Source: Tubulanus polymorphus (lineage: Eukaryota > Animalia > Nemertea). From it: DNA of 64,000 nt. Location of the stretch: assembly GCF_964204645.1 (NCBI RefSeq), contig NC_134034.1, positions 14,066,010 through 14,130,009 on the forward strand. Direction: 5' to 3'. Below, piece after piece: positions 49,149 to 63,831 of the stretch. Both the position numbers and the translations under genes were made by a program. Numbering within the stretch: position 1 is the stretch's first letter; each line of letters begins with the position of its first letter. The notes beneath the pieces were generated by a model, which was not told where the DNA came from, searched no databases, and saw nothing but the letters and a program-made list of their open reading frames with translations.

Positions 49149-52100
49149 ATTTCTATAGATTAAACTGCTGTACTTATTTCATACTGATTGAACAGTTACA
49201 GATACATGTAACATTGTGTACCGATACTGTGATACAGCGAGGGGTCCGAGAGGGCAGGAGGGAAGGGGTCCGGGAGAGATGGGTTCCCGGAGGGTGGGAG
49301 GGATGTAGGGGTGGTGGTAGGACTTGGGAGGGTGGGAGGGATGTAGGGGTGGTGGTAGGACTTTGGAGGGAGCGATATAGGGTGGGGGTTTAGGGTTTAG
49401 GTACAGGTACAGGTGGTTTAGTCGTAGTTTTAGTCTTGAAGTTCAGGATATTTCAGAAAATGTGTCCCATCTTTTTATTATTCTAAGAAAGGATTAATCA
49501 TTATGAAACACGTGACTGCAACATGTCATGTTTCAGTTGTTATGCATGACAAGCTGTATAACCATCGGCCAATTGGACTCGTTCTATTTTACTAGTTGTT
49601 ATTTCTATGAGACCCGGGTTTGATCCCCGGTGAGTGCGCACGTAATTTCACCCTCACTTCTCTCAATCGTTATGAGATAATTGCCCCCAGATTTTTGAAT
49701 TGGGACATTTCAATTTTTAGGGCCATTATTTAATGTGGTCAGGAATGAGAGATATTTTTTGAATGATCACAAACTGCTCCTTGGCTCCGATCAAAAAACG
49801 GTTTCATTAATAATTCAATGGCACAACAATCATACGTAATAATTACTGTTGATATCTGGCCGTTTACTGATACATTTCCAGCTGAAAAATGTATTTTCTT
49901 CTGTGCTATTTTAAAAACGGCTGTAAATACTGAGAACTGTATAGGACGACTTAGAGAATTGTTGACGAGAGTCGAGATGCAGTCACATTCATCGCTGCCT
50001 CCTCTTTTTTCTGCAGATTCTTAGACAGAGACCTACTCTTCATTTTTGGAAGAAGAGTATAGAACTTATTAGAATAAGTGATATGTTTTGTTATCACTTT
50101 TATGGACACACTTCTTCATTTGCCTTCATGGCACAGTATATCACTATTCATAGATATCCTTAATAATTACTTATCCTTTTCAAAAAGATGGGACACAATT
50201 TCTGAAATAAACTGTACAATTTTTAGGTGGGACAAAGATTGACACGGAGAGACTATTGTTCTATTATTATATTCATTTTAGAATAGGATAATATTCTATT
50301 TCTACCTGTGACTTATAATTCTATTCTAGACAGAATTTAAGGGGCTGCGAACTAATTATACTTCTATCAGGAAATATTTTACTGAATTTAAAAGCCATAA
50401 AAACAAATGATATTCAACCAGATGTAGTTGTAGTTTTTACAGTTAGGCTACGGCAATCTTCCTACTACAATGAGACTCTGATAAAGCGGGGATATCTAGT
50501 GTATTTTGCCATTTTTCACGATCATATCAGTTTATGAAAGTTATTTCATCCTCCGCTGTTATTTAAAATATTATCAGTGCTCGATCAATTTGTCAGTTTA
50601 TAGCTTTTAGACTTCGATCAATGCATCATTTTCCGGTAGACTCAAATTAGTCAGAATTATTTCAGACTTTATCAATTAGTCCAAGATTTTGAGCCCATTC
50701 AGTGTGAACATAATTCTTCACTTTATTCTAGTGATGAGTGTTTAGTCCAATTCCCCTATTCAACATATGCAACGCTCAATTTCTCACGTTATTTGCTAAT
50801 CAAACCAAAGCCATAAAACTGACTTACCTTTAACGAGGGCCATGAGCTATATTTACCCTCCGTGGTCACCAAATCAGAACCATAGACCAAACTTTGACTC
50901 TTTAGTCACCAAAACAGGGCTATGAACCAAACTTTGACTCTTTGGTCACTAAACCTGAGCCATGAACCAAACTTTGACTCTTTGGTCACCAAAACAGGGC
51001 TATGAACCAAAATTTGACTCTTTGGTCACCAAAACAGAGCTTTGAACCAAACTTTGACTCTTTGGTCACCAAAACAGAGCTATGAACCAAACTTTGACTC
51101 TTTGGTCACCAAACCTGGGCTATGAACCAAACTTCGACACTTAGGTCACTAAACCAAGGCCATAAATGAAAGATTTAACGTTTTTTAAAGTTATTTCTGT
51201 TGCCCTCATGACTCAATATTTGAGAATGGAACAAATGACGTAGTTAATGAAAGATTCATCTGTATCAGTGTTGCTGCTGGTGCTGCTGCAGCTGCTGCTG
51301 CTGCTGGTGCAACTAACACAACCTTTTGCTGTTTGTCTCTAAAAGATTAAACTTGATCCCAGTCGGAACTGATGAGAATTTTAGTGAGACGACAAATAAG
51401 GAAAAGCCATATGAAAAAATGTAAAGCGAATGCGTGAATAAAATAAAACAGCATGAAATGCTGATATAAAGAGTGGGGTCCGAGAGCAATTCGAAGGTTT
51501 AGTGTCCTGCACGCTTAGCGAGCGGGCAGGGGTCTATTCCTACCTCGACTCAAGTGCTAAAAGTCAGAGAAAAGAGTAAAAACGAGAAATGGCAAATGAA
51601 GGAAAAATGGCTGGAGTTTGATTTGTTCCACTGGGTTTAAGTGTTAACTTGAAAAGACAATCAAACAGATTATTTAATGACGTATATATTTTGCATCAGC
51701 AGTTTAAAAACATTGATTAATAACTTTTATGAATATGATTCCATAAAGTACTTGCTTATATGAAACCTCTAGTAGAGAGTATTGAAATAGTCCACAATGG
51801 TTTCATTTAGTGACGTCATGTTGAATTGGTGAAGCAACATAAATAGCATTAATTGTTTTGATCTCAGCCATCATTCTTGTCCTTGGTTTGTGTTTGCCCT
51901 TCTCACAACATTTTGTGAGTGTGGAGGTTTGGTTCGGGTTTATTTCCTTGGTTCGGGTGAACCCTCCATATACCTCCCCCTCCCTTACAACATTAGGTTC
52001 CTCAGGTTTGGTTTGATGTTTTGTAGATGAAACCTCTACAACTCAAACTTGCATCATTTGATGAAATGAAATCTGTTTACAGACGACTGCTGCAACTTGT

Positions 52101-52845
52101 CGTGAAACTGAGATATATTGTGAATACTTATTAGAGGGAGTAGAAATAATAGGAATAATGTGATGAAATTGATAAAGAAATCATCTGTAAAAATGAAGCC
52201 ATGTGATTTTCAAGACCAACCCAGGCATATGATCATTTGAGGTCATCTGAATGCCTCCAAAATGTGTAGAGAAAGTATCTGTGAGTCCCATCAATGATGC
52301 AATTGATTAAGGATTTTGATTTATAAATGAAATTGATATGATCGTGAAAAAAGGCAAATCGTTTTGTAGTTATTGTACAGATGAGTGGTGTGTGAAGAGG
52401 AGACAACAGAGTTGAGGAGGCATTGAGGGAGGGCATTGAGGGAGGGCATTGAGGGAGGGCCAGGTGGGTGGGCATTGAGGGTGGGCCAGGTGGGAGGGCA
52501 TTGAGGGAGGGCCAGGTGGGAGGGCATTGAGGGAGGGGTCCAGGAGGGCGGGAGGGAAGGGGTCAGGGAGGGCGGGAGGGAAGGGGTTTGGGAGGGCGGG
52601 AGGGAAGGAGTCCGGGAGGGAAGGGGTCTGGGAGGGTCGGGTCGGGAGGTTAGATGAGTTAAAATGTTCTGATGTTTTAGTTAGACGGATGGGAATCTAA
52701 TGAAGATGAGAGAACATTAAATCACTGTTCAATCACAGGATGAAGTAATGCAGTGATCTGTACTCTGTATCTGTACACAATGTTACATGTATCTGTAACT
52801 GTACAATCAGTATGAAATAAGTACAGCTGTTTAATCTACAGAAAT
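49149..52845. repeat. Same inverted-repeat pair, left arm truncated (49149-49221 / 52648-52845)
   Basis: Paralog of 24828-28636. Confidence 0.9.
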
Positions 52846-55800
52846 CCTGTACTGTTCTGTCTGATTGATAATTTGAGATGTTACATTCTGCTCTATTGTC
52901 ACTGATTATTGTTTCTTTTTCTTTTCAGAATGAAATGAATGCAATAGAATTTACTATTTAAACAGGCTCATTTAAGGTAAGTATAAAACTGGTAATGAAT
53001 TTCTCCACAGAATTCTTCACAGTCTCTGTTGATATTTTGAATTATTTTTGAACTAAAAATTACTGTTTTACTCTCAGTTACAGGATGAGATACACACCAC
53101 AGCAGCAGCAACAGCAGCACTGGCAGTAACCGCAGTACCAGCACCATGCAGCAACAGCGCCACCAGCAACAGCAGCAGCACTGGCAGTACCCGCAGTACC
53201 AGCACCATGCAGCAACAGCGCCACCAGCAGCTGCAACAGCAGCACTGGCAGTACCTGCAGTACCAGCACCATGCAGCAACAGCGCCACCAGCAGCTGCAA
53301 CAGCAGCACTGGCAGTACCCGCAGTACCAGCACCATGCACCCACAGCGCCACCTGCAGCAGCAGCAGGTAAAACCTGTTTGGAAATTCATTATTTTTAGA
53401 GAACTGTTCTATATAAATTATTCGATCTGTTCATGTTTCCAGCATTCAATCACTCAAAGATCACGGCTTAGTTTGATTTTTTTGTGAAACTGCTCTTATT
53501 TCATAACAACTTAACTGACAATTTCTAAAATTTGTATTTAGGAGCTGAAATAACTGGAACCCTTGATAGAATCTGTGAACAGTAAACATTGGGAATTCAC
53601 TTCACATTTGTTTAAGATGGACATCGCTTTAGATCCTCAAAACCAATACGGTACCGGTAAATATCTTTACAGATTCTAGTCTCTGTTTGACTGTACATTT
53701 ATAAACTCATTTTCTGATTAGAAGCTACATTAATCAGTGAAGGTGAATTTTCAATCACTTCTATTCTGGTCAAAGTTCGAATCATCAAAATTATACAACT
53801 GTTGTATTCTGGGGTCTAAAATAAAGCTGAACTTGCAGTAAACATCGCGCTCTACAAATCAAACAAGTCAGAAGCGGTGAGTTTTATATCGATTTATTGC
53901 AGTAATTTGTGGTGATCTTCAAATCAAGTCCAGAAAATGATGTTTTGATCGGTCAATGTTGGCAGGTATCAACGTTTTACTTGAGGACGCAGTCTAAAGC
54001 TACCATCAAACCTCTCAGAAATCTGCATATACTCGACACATTGTGATAAACTACTCATTAACCCGGTAGGTTTTCTGTCAATTGAACACAAACAAGTTGC
54101 AGTTTCTATCTATTTCATTAACCATTTTCTGGCATAATTTTCTCTTTCCAGAATGCAATACGCCCAACACTTTTTGGAACTGGAGAAATTAAAAATATTC
54201 ACCTTCAAAGAGTAAAGAAGCTCTAGTTGCTGAAGCTGCTGCTATCGTTTTAAGAATTTATTTTCTCAGAAAATCATCAGTTCTCTTAACTTCATGACAT
54301 TATGACTGTTGGAAGTGAAATCCTGCTAGATGGCACTGAACTTATCTGATATGAGTTTAGAAATGGTGAGTATTTCATCACTCCACTGTGTTCTAATTTC
54401 ATAATATTCTAACATTTAATTATTCTGTACAGAATTTTTATGTGTGATTCTCAGGAAAGCAGTGCGGCTGCTGCTGCGGCTGCTGCTGCTGATGCTGCTT
54501 AATTCTGCTCAACACAAGTTTGAAAATGATTGATTTTCTAATAGAATTTAGCCCAAATTTCAGACTGTTATAAATACATTACTTAGTATTTTCATAGTAT
54601 AATGATTTTTTGCAGCATGAAATTTGTCCAATAGAACAGTTTGAAAAGTGATCAAAGATTGAATAATGGTGTTGAATTATCTAGAATTATAAGGTGATTA
54701 TAAATTCTAGTTACCGAATTATGTCATGAAAACAATTCCCACTTGGCTGTTAATTCAATCGAACATTTTCTATGTAATATTTTCTCTATTCTAGGACGAA
54801 GTGGGGATCGGGACCAATTTGCCATTTGACAGGGACAGCGACCAACCATCTACCTGGAGCCAAATGAATATTGTTTATCTGTGCCGATCGGCACGGGCAG
54901 CCTACTGTTTGTGATGGTTTGATAGACTGTGTATCACATATCCATAAAAACAATAAAGTCATCCCCTGATTCGTCTCTCAAAGCTGTGGTGTCATTTTTG
55001 CTAATAGAATAATAGCCTGACTCGGGCATAGAATATATAATTTAAACCCTGCTATATGCAAATTTAAAAGGCAAAATTCATTTATCAAGAATCAGAATCA
55101 GAATAATAAAAGTATAATGAAGAAATAACTAGAACAACCTATACGAACAAAATAACAAAACCTCTCGACCTTAGCACTGAACACTCGCTTTACTTTCCTA
55201 ATTAACTTGTTTTTCCCTGTTTTAGTTATTCTTCAGACTTGATGATGGTCTCTACAGAGACTCCAAAATGTTGTCGCTTTTACTTCTATTAAGTTTCTAT
55301 ATAGTGGGTTTTAAAGTTTTAGTGAAAATTGAAATTGAAGATTAAATGTAGCTGTAAAGCAGCGATAACTGGTTGCATTAGTTTGTAATTGTTTGTACCC
55401 CACGACCCAGTTTTATTGGTTTGGTTTTGTAAAAAATTGTATGATACACATATTGTATAATGATGTAATATGGACATGTTTTGACAAGTCACTCAATCAA
55501 TGAAACCATAAAGTTGAAATATCGACAGGTTTTCTTTATTATGGGACTATAATATTTCGTGTGAACTGTTGTTCTGTTTTATTTGAAATAAAGATGAATT
55601 TTCTGTGTTGTTTTAGTTGTGATAACAGACGCCAGCAGTTTCACACACACTCAGTGCGTCACACGTAAATCCCACGGGTTCAGTTTCATAGAAATAATTT
55701 ACTCAAAAAACTTCTCTATTCGACTTTACCGCCTATATTGATTCATCCTTTCTCTGTGAAACTGGACTCGACGGTATTAAATACTCGCTATTCAGTGTGC

Positions 55801-56078
55801 GAAACTGCAGCATCTAAATCTGATTGAAACCCTCGCATCATAAACCAAATCCTACCGAGGGTACGGTTTCACATATACGGATTAGTTATCAAAGATCAAC
55901 AAAAAAGATCTTTTTGTGAGATCCAGATTAAATTTCTTCACAAATTCAGTTAAAAAATGCATCGTTTTTTGTGGAACTGCGACCCCTGGTGTCCACTCGA
56001 GGAATTCATTTTTTCTTTCTTACCCTGGTATGCGAGGGTTTCAATTCGATGGTCCAACTACTATTCTTAAAAGGGCAG

Positions 56079-56302
56079 GGTCCAGTTCCACAGTTGTTGA
56101 GTTAAGATTTAACTCTGGGCCCAGTTTCACAAAAAGGATTAAGGCCTAAATCGATTTAAGATAAACTGAATTAATGAAGAAATTAAATCGATTTAAGAGT
56201 TAAACCTTTTTGTGAAACTGGGCCCAGGGGTAACTCATTGAAAGTGAATTAACTTTAACTCCGAGTTAACAACTGTGGAACACACAACTGTGGAACTGGG
56301 TC
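56079..56302. mobile_element. Nested Harbinger-like MITEs (inner element 56118-56224)
   Basis: Outer GGTCCAGTTCCACAGTTG / CAACTGTGGAACTGGGTC. Inner GGCCCAGTTTCACAAAAAGG / CCTTTTTGTGAAACTGGGCC. Both flanked by CWG. Empty site at ~33549. Confidence 0.85.
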
Positions 56303-57586
56303 CTGGTGTGTTACATGACAATGAGGAATAAATATAGATAATTGTTGCTGTAAGTCGTGTGTGCGTTATTTAATCATTTTTCGTGGCGGGGTCGAACCCA
56401 GGACACCTGTACATCCTCTATTCAGTATCAAGACCACTCTGAACCAGTATCAGTAATTACTGGTTCGAACCCGGGATGCCCCTGTACATCCTCCATTCAA
56501 CATCAGGACCAATCAGAATCAGTAATTACTTTTGTTAAGATATCAACATTTCACCGTACGGTGCTGCCTCTATGCTCATCGGTAGCGGGATTTTCATACA
56601 CTAACGTTAGTCAACTCTGGCAAGCAAGGGTTACGGAGTATAGCTAGACAGCACGACGATTGCCAGAGTTGACTTCAGTTAGTGTATGGAAATCCCGCTA
56701 ACGATGAGCATAGCGGCAGCACCGTACGGTCGGGACACTCCTGTACATCCTCCATTCAGCATCAGGACAACTTGGACCACTACTCAGTTCGAACCCGGGA
56801 CACCCCTGTACAAAGACCACTCTGAACCAGTATCAGTAATTACTTGGTTCGAACGCGGGACACCCAGTACCCATTATGACGCGATTAGACACGTGTTCGA
56901 TGGTCGTCCTCATTCAGAAGATGAATTTAATTGTGAAACATGGTCATATCCAGGAATAGTTAAACCCGGCGATCAATGTCTCGACTAAAACCGTGTCTAT
57001 ATCGATATTTGTACTCGATATATGTCGATATGTATACTCGATATATATACTATCGATATTTTTATAATAGTCGTATTAGGTGCCTACGGATTCATCTTCT
57101 TTACGATAACCTACAACGATACGATTTCAAACTGTGTTCTACCCGTACTCGAAGTAGGCCTAACTACCAATTTCACGTTGTTTGGAGCCATTTTAGGACA
57201 GTGTAACTTCAACCTAGAGCGATTTCACCCACCCCGAGTGCTAATTGATAAAAGCTCCTGTGTATCAAGTAATCGTAATCGGTTCATTGGGTCAAGAGAT
57301 ATAGACATTTATCCAAAGCGACACCTATGGAAAAGAGTGGAAATTGTTGCATACCAACCGTAAAGTAGATATTGTGGTTTTTATATATATTGAATAATGT
57401 CACCAACTCTTTTATTCATTTAGAAATAATCTACTGTATTGAGCGAAGTATCTTCTAAATAAAGTGGCTTCTAGGGATAAAGCGAATATTTGTGTTCAAA
57501 ATATATAAGTTAGTATAGAATCTATTGACCAAAAAACAACCCGAGTCAAACAGATGATCATCGTACTACAAATACCTCGCTGGGCC

Positions 57587-57713
57587 AAAAATTAGCCCCA
57601 ACCTGAGGCACTAACCCTAACCCTAGATCGATCGTAACCCTAACCCTAGCGGGACTTGAACCTGCGACCTCCAGCATGCCGGCCGAGCACGCTAACCACT
57701 AGACCACTGAGTT
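57587..57713 (-). ncRNA. tRNA-like/TTAGGG element, copy 4
   Basis: Paralog with A box TGGTCTAGTGG and B box GGTTCAAGTCC. Confidence 0.55.
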
Positions 57714-57756
57714 CTGATGGCTGCCCTGGTTTGTGAATATGGTTGGTCAGTGTGGT

Positions 57757-57969
57757 AACAGGCCAACACTAGGGTTTCTGCGTTTATTCACCAGGCCTAC
57801 GCTAGGGTTTCTACGTTTATTTAAGCAGGCCAACACTAGGGTTTCTGCGTTTATTAAACAGGCCAACACTAGGGTTTCTGCGTTTATTAAACAGGCCAAC
57901 ACTAGGGTTTCTGCGTTTATTAAACAGGCCAACACTAGGGTTTCTGCGTTTATTAAACAGGCCAACACT
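57757..57969 (+). repeat. 33-bp minisatellite, ~6.4 copies
   Basis: Unit AACAGGCCAACACTAGGGTTTCTGCGTTTATTA; only ~1.4 copies at paralogous sites 22391 and 35220. Confidence 0.93.
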
Positions 57970-60296
57970 CGTCAGTGTTTGTTTCTTGGTAATTTTTGTG
58001 CCCTGGGGCCAGTTCGATGGGCGAAGACTGATTCTATTGGCTAATACAGTCAAACTAAATCGTTTAATCCACATCGACCGAATTTTGGTCTAATCCGGAT
58101 AATACTTACAGTCAATTTAATCATTAATATACACGAAAATGACTTTTAATCCGGATTTGCCGTAAAACGGATGAATTTTGTTGGTCCCAATGATCGGAAT
58201 TAGGGAGATTCTATCATACCATTTACTCTCCTTATATAAAGCTCTAATGTTGGTACAGTTATTAATTTCTAACAAACTAGTGTTGAGTGATGAATGAAAT
58301 TTGACTTAAGAAAAATCTGTATTCCTCACATGCCACAGTAAAATAGCAAGACTGCATCAAATTACAACCGTTCAGTGCTGCCCCAGTGAATAACGATAGC
58401 GGAATTTCTGTGAACTAAAGTAGCAATTACGGAAACCTCGAAACGAATGATTAGATTGGTAAAGAGCGTGGTTTTCATTAGAATAAATTCTTTGAATATT
58501 GCGTAGAATATAAAACCTAATCTAATCGAAAAGATGCCGAGACCTGCAATAGACTGGTTGCCATTTCTACCTGCGAATACAGGTGGCGGTGACCAGTCTA
58601 GCGGCGGGAATCCCAATCTGAGGTACACTATGACGCAATATCAAAATGGCGTGCTTTACCATATAACACGAAATTAAGCAAAAACCTCACCTAATACAAA
58701 CATTGCCACCCTCCTTCCCGACCCCTGAAATCAGTATTTCAATATTTGGTAAGTGTTTGTAACATTGGTTTAAATGGCGAAAAATATTCCATCTCAGATA
58801 TTGTGGGAAATCATATTATTTCAGAGTCACATCCTGCAAACAAACAGTGCACATCATATGGTGGTGGCGCTCAGTCGAGCATATCGACGTCATTCCATCC
58901 TGATATATCTAGACCACGATGGGCTTCACCTCGCTGTGTTGCAATGAATTTGTTCTAAAATGATTCCATCGACTGATTACATCAAACAGTGAAAACAGTG
59001 TAAGTTTATTTCATCTGTCGCTAAATCGATATCAATCACAGTCCAAACGTGTGGGACACCAACATCCTCCCATGGGAGGGATTTGAACCTGATGACATCC
59101 CTCGCTACACTCAGCCACGGCACGAACCCCTGCCACACTAGACCGGGTGCGCAGGTACATGCGCAGCTTTACCGCGCGAAATCTTGCGGCACCAAACAGA
59201 TTGCTCGTTAATCGCTGAGGTAAATTTCTCGGAAGAACTATAAATGAGAAAACCTGGGCTCAAATAAAACTGAATTTCTGATTGGCTATTAATGACATCA
59301 TCTAAGCTGCGCGTGTAGCTGGTGCGCACTCGGTCTAGTGTGGCAGGGTTTCGTACCGTGGCAATCTGGATGCCATCAGGTTCGAGTCCCTGCCGCTGGA
59401 GGATGGATGCCTCTACTTGCCTCCATTCGTCTGTGATATTGATGATGATGATCTTCATTGGTTTCAGAAACAGATAATATTTAAACTGTTCGTTTTTTCA
59501 TTACTTTCTTGTTTATATTTCATGTTGAACTCTAGATGCAAAACCTAAACTGTGGATAGAAAAACCCCGTGAATAAATGAACTGCAGATTGGAGCGAACA
59601 ATCTAATTTGTAAGTTTGAATTTTAGATTTGATATTTCTGCAGTTATTTCTAAGGAAAGAAAACAATCTTAGATTTGTCTATTATAGGTATCACTTCAAC
59701 ATGTTCAACGGGAATTTTGATTCAGCACAGGAAAACAAGAATCACTCTTAGATTCAGCACAGGACAACAAGGAATCAGTGTTTCACAATCAGACTTTTTT
59801 GGTTTTGCGCCGGACATCGGGAATCATTCTTGGATTCAGCACAGGACAATAAGGAATCAGTGTTTTACTACCAGACTTTTTTTTGATTTAGCACAGAACA
59901 TCGGGAATCACTCTTGGATTCAGCATGACATCAGGAATCACTATAGCCTATGTGGAAATTCAAGATAAGTAACATTAATCTTTATTTATCGGGTGTTGAA
60001 TTGATTTTAAGGGACCAATTTTATATTGTTTGTTATAAACCATGTTTTGAAATGAAATCTCAGAAACCTGTTGCATTTATTCAATCATTTCAAATTTCTT
60101 TTGATGAATATTTGACTATAATCAGTTCATGGTTGGGATTGTTATTTCTGTAAGCGGGTTTACAGGTTTTTTAAATTGTGATCAACTCAAATGTTATTTC
60201 TAATCAATATGAAACTGGTTCCTGATGTCAATAATACAACTGTTATCAATCATGTTCCTTCGTAATAATCAGATCATGTGTATCTTGAGAGTTAGA

Positions 60297-63200
60297 ATTT
60301 CTATAGATTAAACTGCTGTACTTATTTCATACTGATTGTACAGTTACAGATACATGAAACATTGTGTACAGATACAGAGTACAGATCACTGCATTACTTC
60401 ATCCTGTGATTGAACAGTGATTTAATGTTCTCTCATCTTCATTAGATTCCCATCCGTCTAACTAAAACATCAGAACATTTCAACTCATCTAACCACGGGG
60501 TTTGGGGAGGGTGGGTAGGGTTGGGGGAGGGACGGTGTGAGGGAAGGGGTCTGGGAGGAAGGGTGGGAGGGATGGGGTGAGGGAGGGCGGGAGGGAAGGG
60601 GTCCGGGAGAGATGGGGTCCCGGAGGGTGGGAGGGATGTAGGGGTGGTGGTAGGACTTGGGAGGGTGGGAGGGATGTTGGGGTGGTGGTAGGACTTTGGA
60701 GGGAGGGATATAGGGTGGGGGTTTAGGTACAGGTACAGGTGGTTTAGTCGTAGTTTTAGTCTTGAAGTTCAGGACATTTCAGAAAATGTGTCCCATCTTT
60801 TTATTATTCTAAGAAAGGATTAATCATTATGAAACACGTGACTGCAACATGTCATGTTTCAGTTGTTATGCATGACAAGCTGTATAACCATCGGCCAATT
60901 GGACTCGTTCTATTTTACTGGTTGTTATTTCTATGAGACCCGGGTTTGATCCCCGGTGAGTGCGCACGTAATTTCACCCTCACTTCTCTCAATCGTTATG
61001 AGATAATTGCCCCAGATTTTTGAATTGGGACGTTTCAATTATTAGGGCCATTATTTAATGTGGTCAGGAATGAGAGATATTTTTTGAATGATCACAAACT
61101 GCTCCTTGGCTCCGATCAAAACACGGTTTCATTAATAATTCAATGAAACAACAATCATACGTAATAATTACTGTTGATATCTGGCGGTTTACTGATACAT
61201 TTCCAGCTGAAAGATGTATTTTCTTCTGTGCTATTTTAAAAACGGCTGTAAATACTGAGAACTGTATAGGACGACTTAGAAAATGATTGACGAGAGTCGA
61301 GATGCAGTCACATTCATCGCTGCTTCCTCTTTTTTCTGCAGATTCTTAGACAGAGACCTACTCTTCATTTTTGGAAGAAGAGTATAGAACTCATTAGAAT
61401 AAGTGATATGTTTTGTAATCACTTTTATTGACACACTTCTTCATTTGCCTTCATGGCACAGTATATCACTATTCATAGATATCCTTAATACCCCGGTAAT
61501 TAGTTATCCTTTTCAAAAAGATGGGGCACATTTTCTGAAATAAACTGTACAATTTTTAGGTGGGACAAAGATTGACACGGAGAGACTATTGTTCTATTAT
61601 TATATTCATTTTAGAATAGGACAATATTCTTTTCTACCCTGTGACTTATAATTCTATTCTAGACAGAATTTAAGGGGCTGCGAACTAATTATACTTATAT
61701 CAGGAAATATTTTACTGAATTTAAAAGCTGTAAAAACAAATGATATTCAACCAGATGTAGTTTTCACAGTTAGGCTACGGCAATCTTCCTACTACAATGA
61801 GACTCTGATAAAGCGTGGGGGAGGGGTATGTAGTGTATTTTGCCATTTTTCACAATCATATCAGTTTATGAAAGTTATTTCATCCTCCGCTGTTATTTAG
61901 AATTTTATCAGTGCTCGATCAATTTGTCAGTTTATAGCTTTTAGACTTGGTCACTAAACCTGAGCTATGAACCAAACTTTGACTCTTTGGTCACCAAACC
62001 TGGGCTATGAACCAAACTTTGACGCTTAGGTCACTAAACAAAGACCATGAATGAAAGATTTAACGTTTTTTAAAGTTATTTCTGTTGCCTTCATGACTCA
62101 ATATTTGAGAATGGAACAAATGACGTAGTTAATGAAAGATTCATCTGTATCAGTGTTGCTACTGCTGCAGCTGCTGCTGCTGCTGGTGCAACTAACACAA
62201 CCTTTTGCTGTTTGTCTCTAAAAGATTAAACTTGATCCCAGTCTGAACTGATGAGAATTTTAGTGAGACGACAAATAAGGAAAAGCCATATGAAAAAATG
62301 TAAAGCGAATGCGTGAATAAAATAAAACAGCATGAAATGCTGATATAAAGAGTGGGGTCCGAGAGCAATTCGAAGGTTTAGTGTCCTGCACGCTTAGCGA
62401 GCGGGCAGGGGTCTATTCCTACCTCGACTCAAGTGCTAAAAGTCAGAGAAAAGAGTAAAAACGAAAAATGGCAAATGAAGGAAAAATGGCTGGAGTTTGA
62501 TTTGTTCCACTGGGTTTAAGTGTTAACTTGAAAAGACAATCAAACTGATTATTTAATGACGTATATATTTTGCATCAGCAGTTTAAAAACATTGATTAAT
62601 AACTTTTATGAATAGGATTCCATAAACTACTTGCTTATATGAAACCTCTAGTAGAGAGTATTGAAATAGTCCACAATGGTTTCATTTAGTGACGTCATGT
62701 TGAATTGATGAAGCAACATAAATAGCATTAATTGTTTTGATCTCAGCCATCATTCTTGTCCTTGGTTTGTGTTTGCCTTTCTCTCGACATTTTGTGAGTG
62801 TGGAGGTTTGGTTCGGGTTTATTTCCTTGGTTCGGGTGAACCCTCCATATACCTCCCCCTCCCTTACAACATTAGGTTCCTCAGGTTTGGTTTGATGTTT
62901 TGTAGATGAAACCTCTACAACTCAAACTCGCATCATTTGATGAAATGAAAGCTGTTTACAGACGACTGCTGCAACTTGTCGTGAAACTGAGATATATTGT
63001 GAATACTTATTAGAGGGAGTAGAAATAATAGGAATAATGTGATGAAATTGATAAAGAAATCATCTGTAAAAATGAAGCCATGTGATTTTCAAGACCAACC
63101 CAGGCATATGATCATTTGAGGTCATCTGAATGCCTCCAAAATGTGTAGAGAAAGTATCTGTGAGTCCCATCAATGATGCAATTGATTAAGGATTTTGATT

Positions 63201-63831
63201 TATAAATGAAATTGATATGATCGTGAAAAATGGCAAATCGTTTTGTAGTTATTGTACAGATGAGTGGTGTGTGAAGAGGAGACAAGAGAGTTGAGGAAGC
63301 ATGATGGGAGGGCATTGAGGGAGGGCATTGAGGGTGGGCCAGGTGGGAGGGAATTGAGGGTGGGCCAGGTGGGAGGGCATTGAGGGAGGGCATTGAGGGT
63401 GGGCCAGGTGGGAGGGAATTGAGGGTGGGCCAGGTGGGAGGGCATTGAGTGTGGGCCAGGTGGGAGGACATTGAGGGAGGGCCAGGTGGGAGGGCATTGA
63501 GGGAGGGGTCCAGGAGGGCGGGAGGGAAGGGGTCCGGGAGGGAAGGGGTATGGGAGGGTGGGAGGGAAGGGGTCAGGGAGGGAAGGGATTTGGGAGGGCG
63601 GGAGGGAAGGGGTCTGGGAGGGTCGGGTCGGGAGGTTAGATGAGTTGAAATGTTCTGATGTTTTAGTTAGACAGATGGGAATCTAATGAAGATGAAAGAA
63701 CATTAAATCACTGTTCAATCACAGGATGAAGTAATGCAGTGATCTGTACTCTGTATCTGTACACAATGTTACATGTATCTGTAACTGTTCAATCAGTATG
63801 AAATAAGTACAGCAGTTTAATCTACAGAAAT
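60297..63831. repeat. Same inverted-repeat pair (60297-60494 / 63634-63831)
   Basis: Paralog of 24828-28636. Confidence 0.93.

Larger units (their letters stand above)
41398..56327. repeat. Unit B copy 3, interrupted by a ~4.9-kb unrelated block (41914-46782)
   Basis: 41398-41913 matches 34650-35168. Similarity resumes at acac|tagggtttctgcg (~46784) and continues to 56327. Confidence 0.9.
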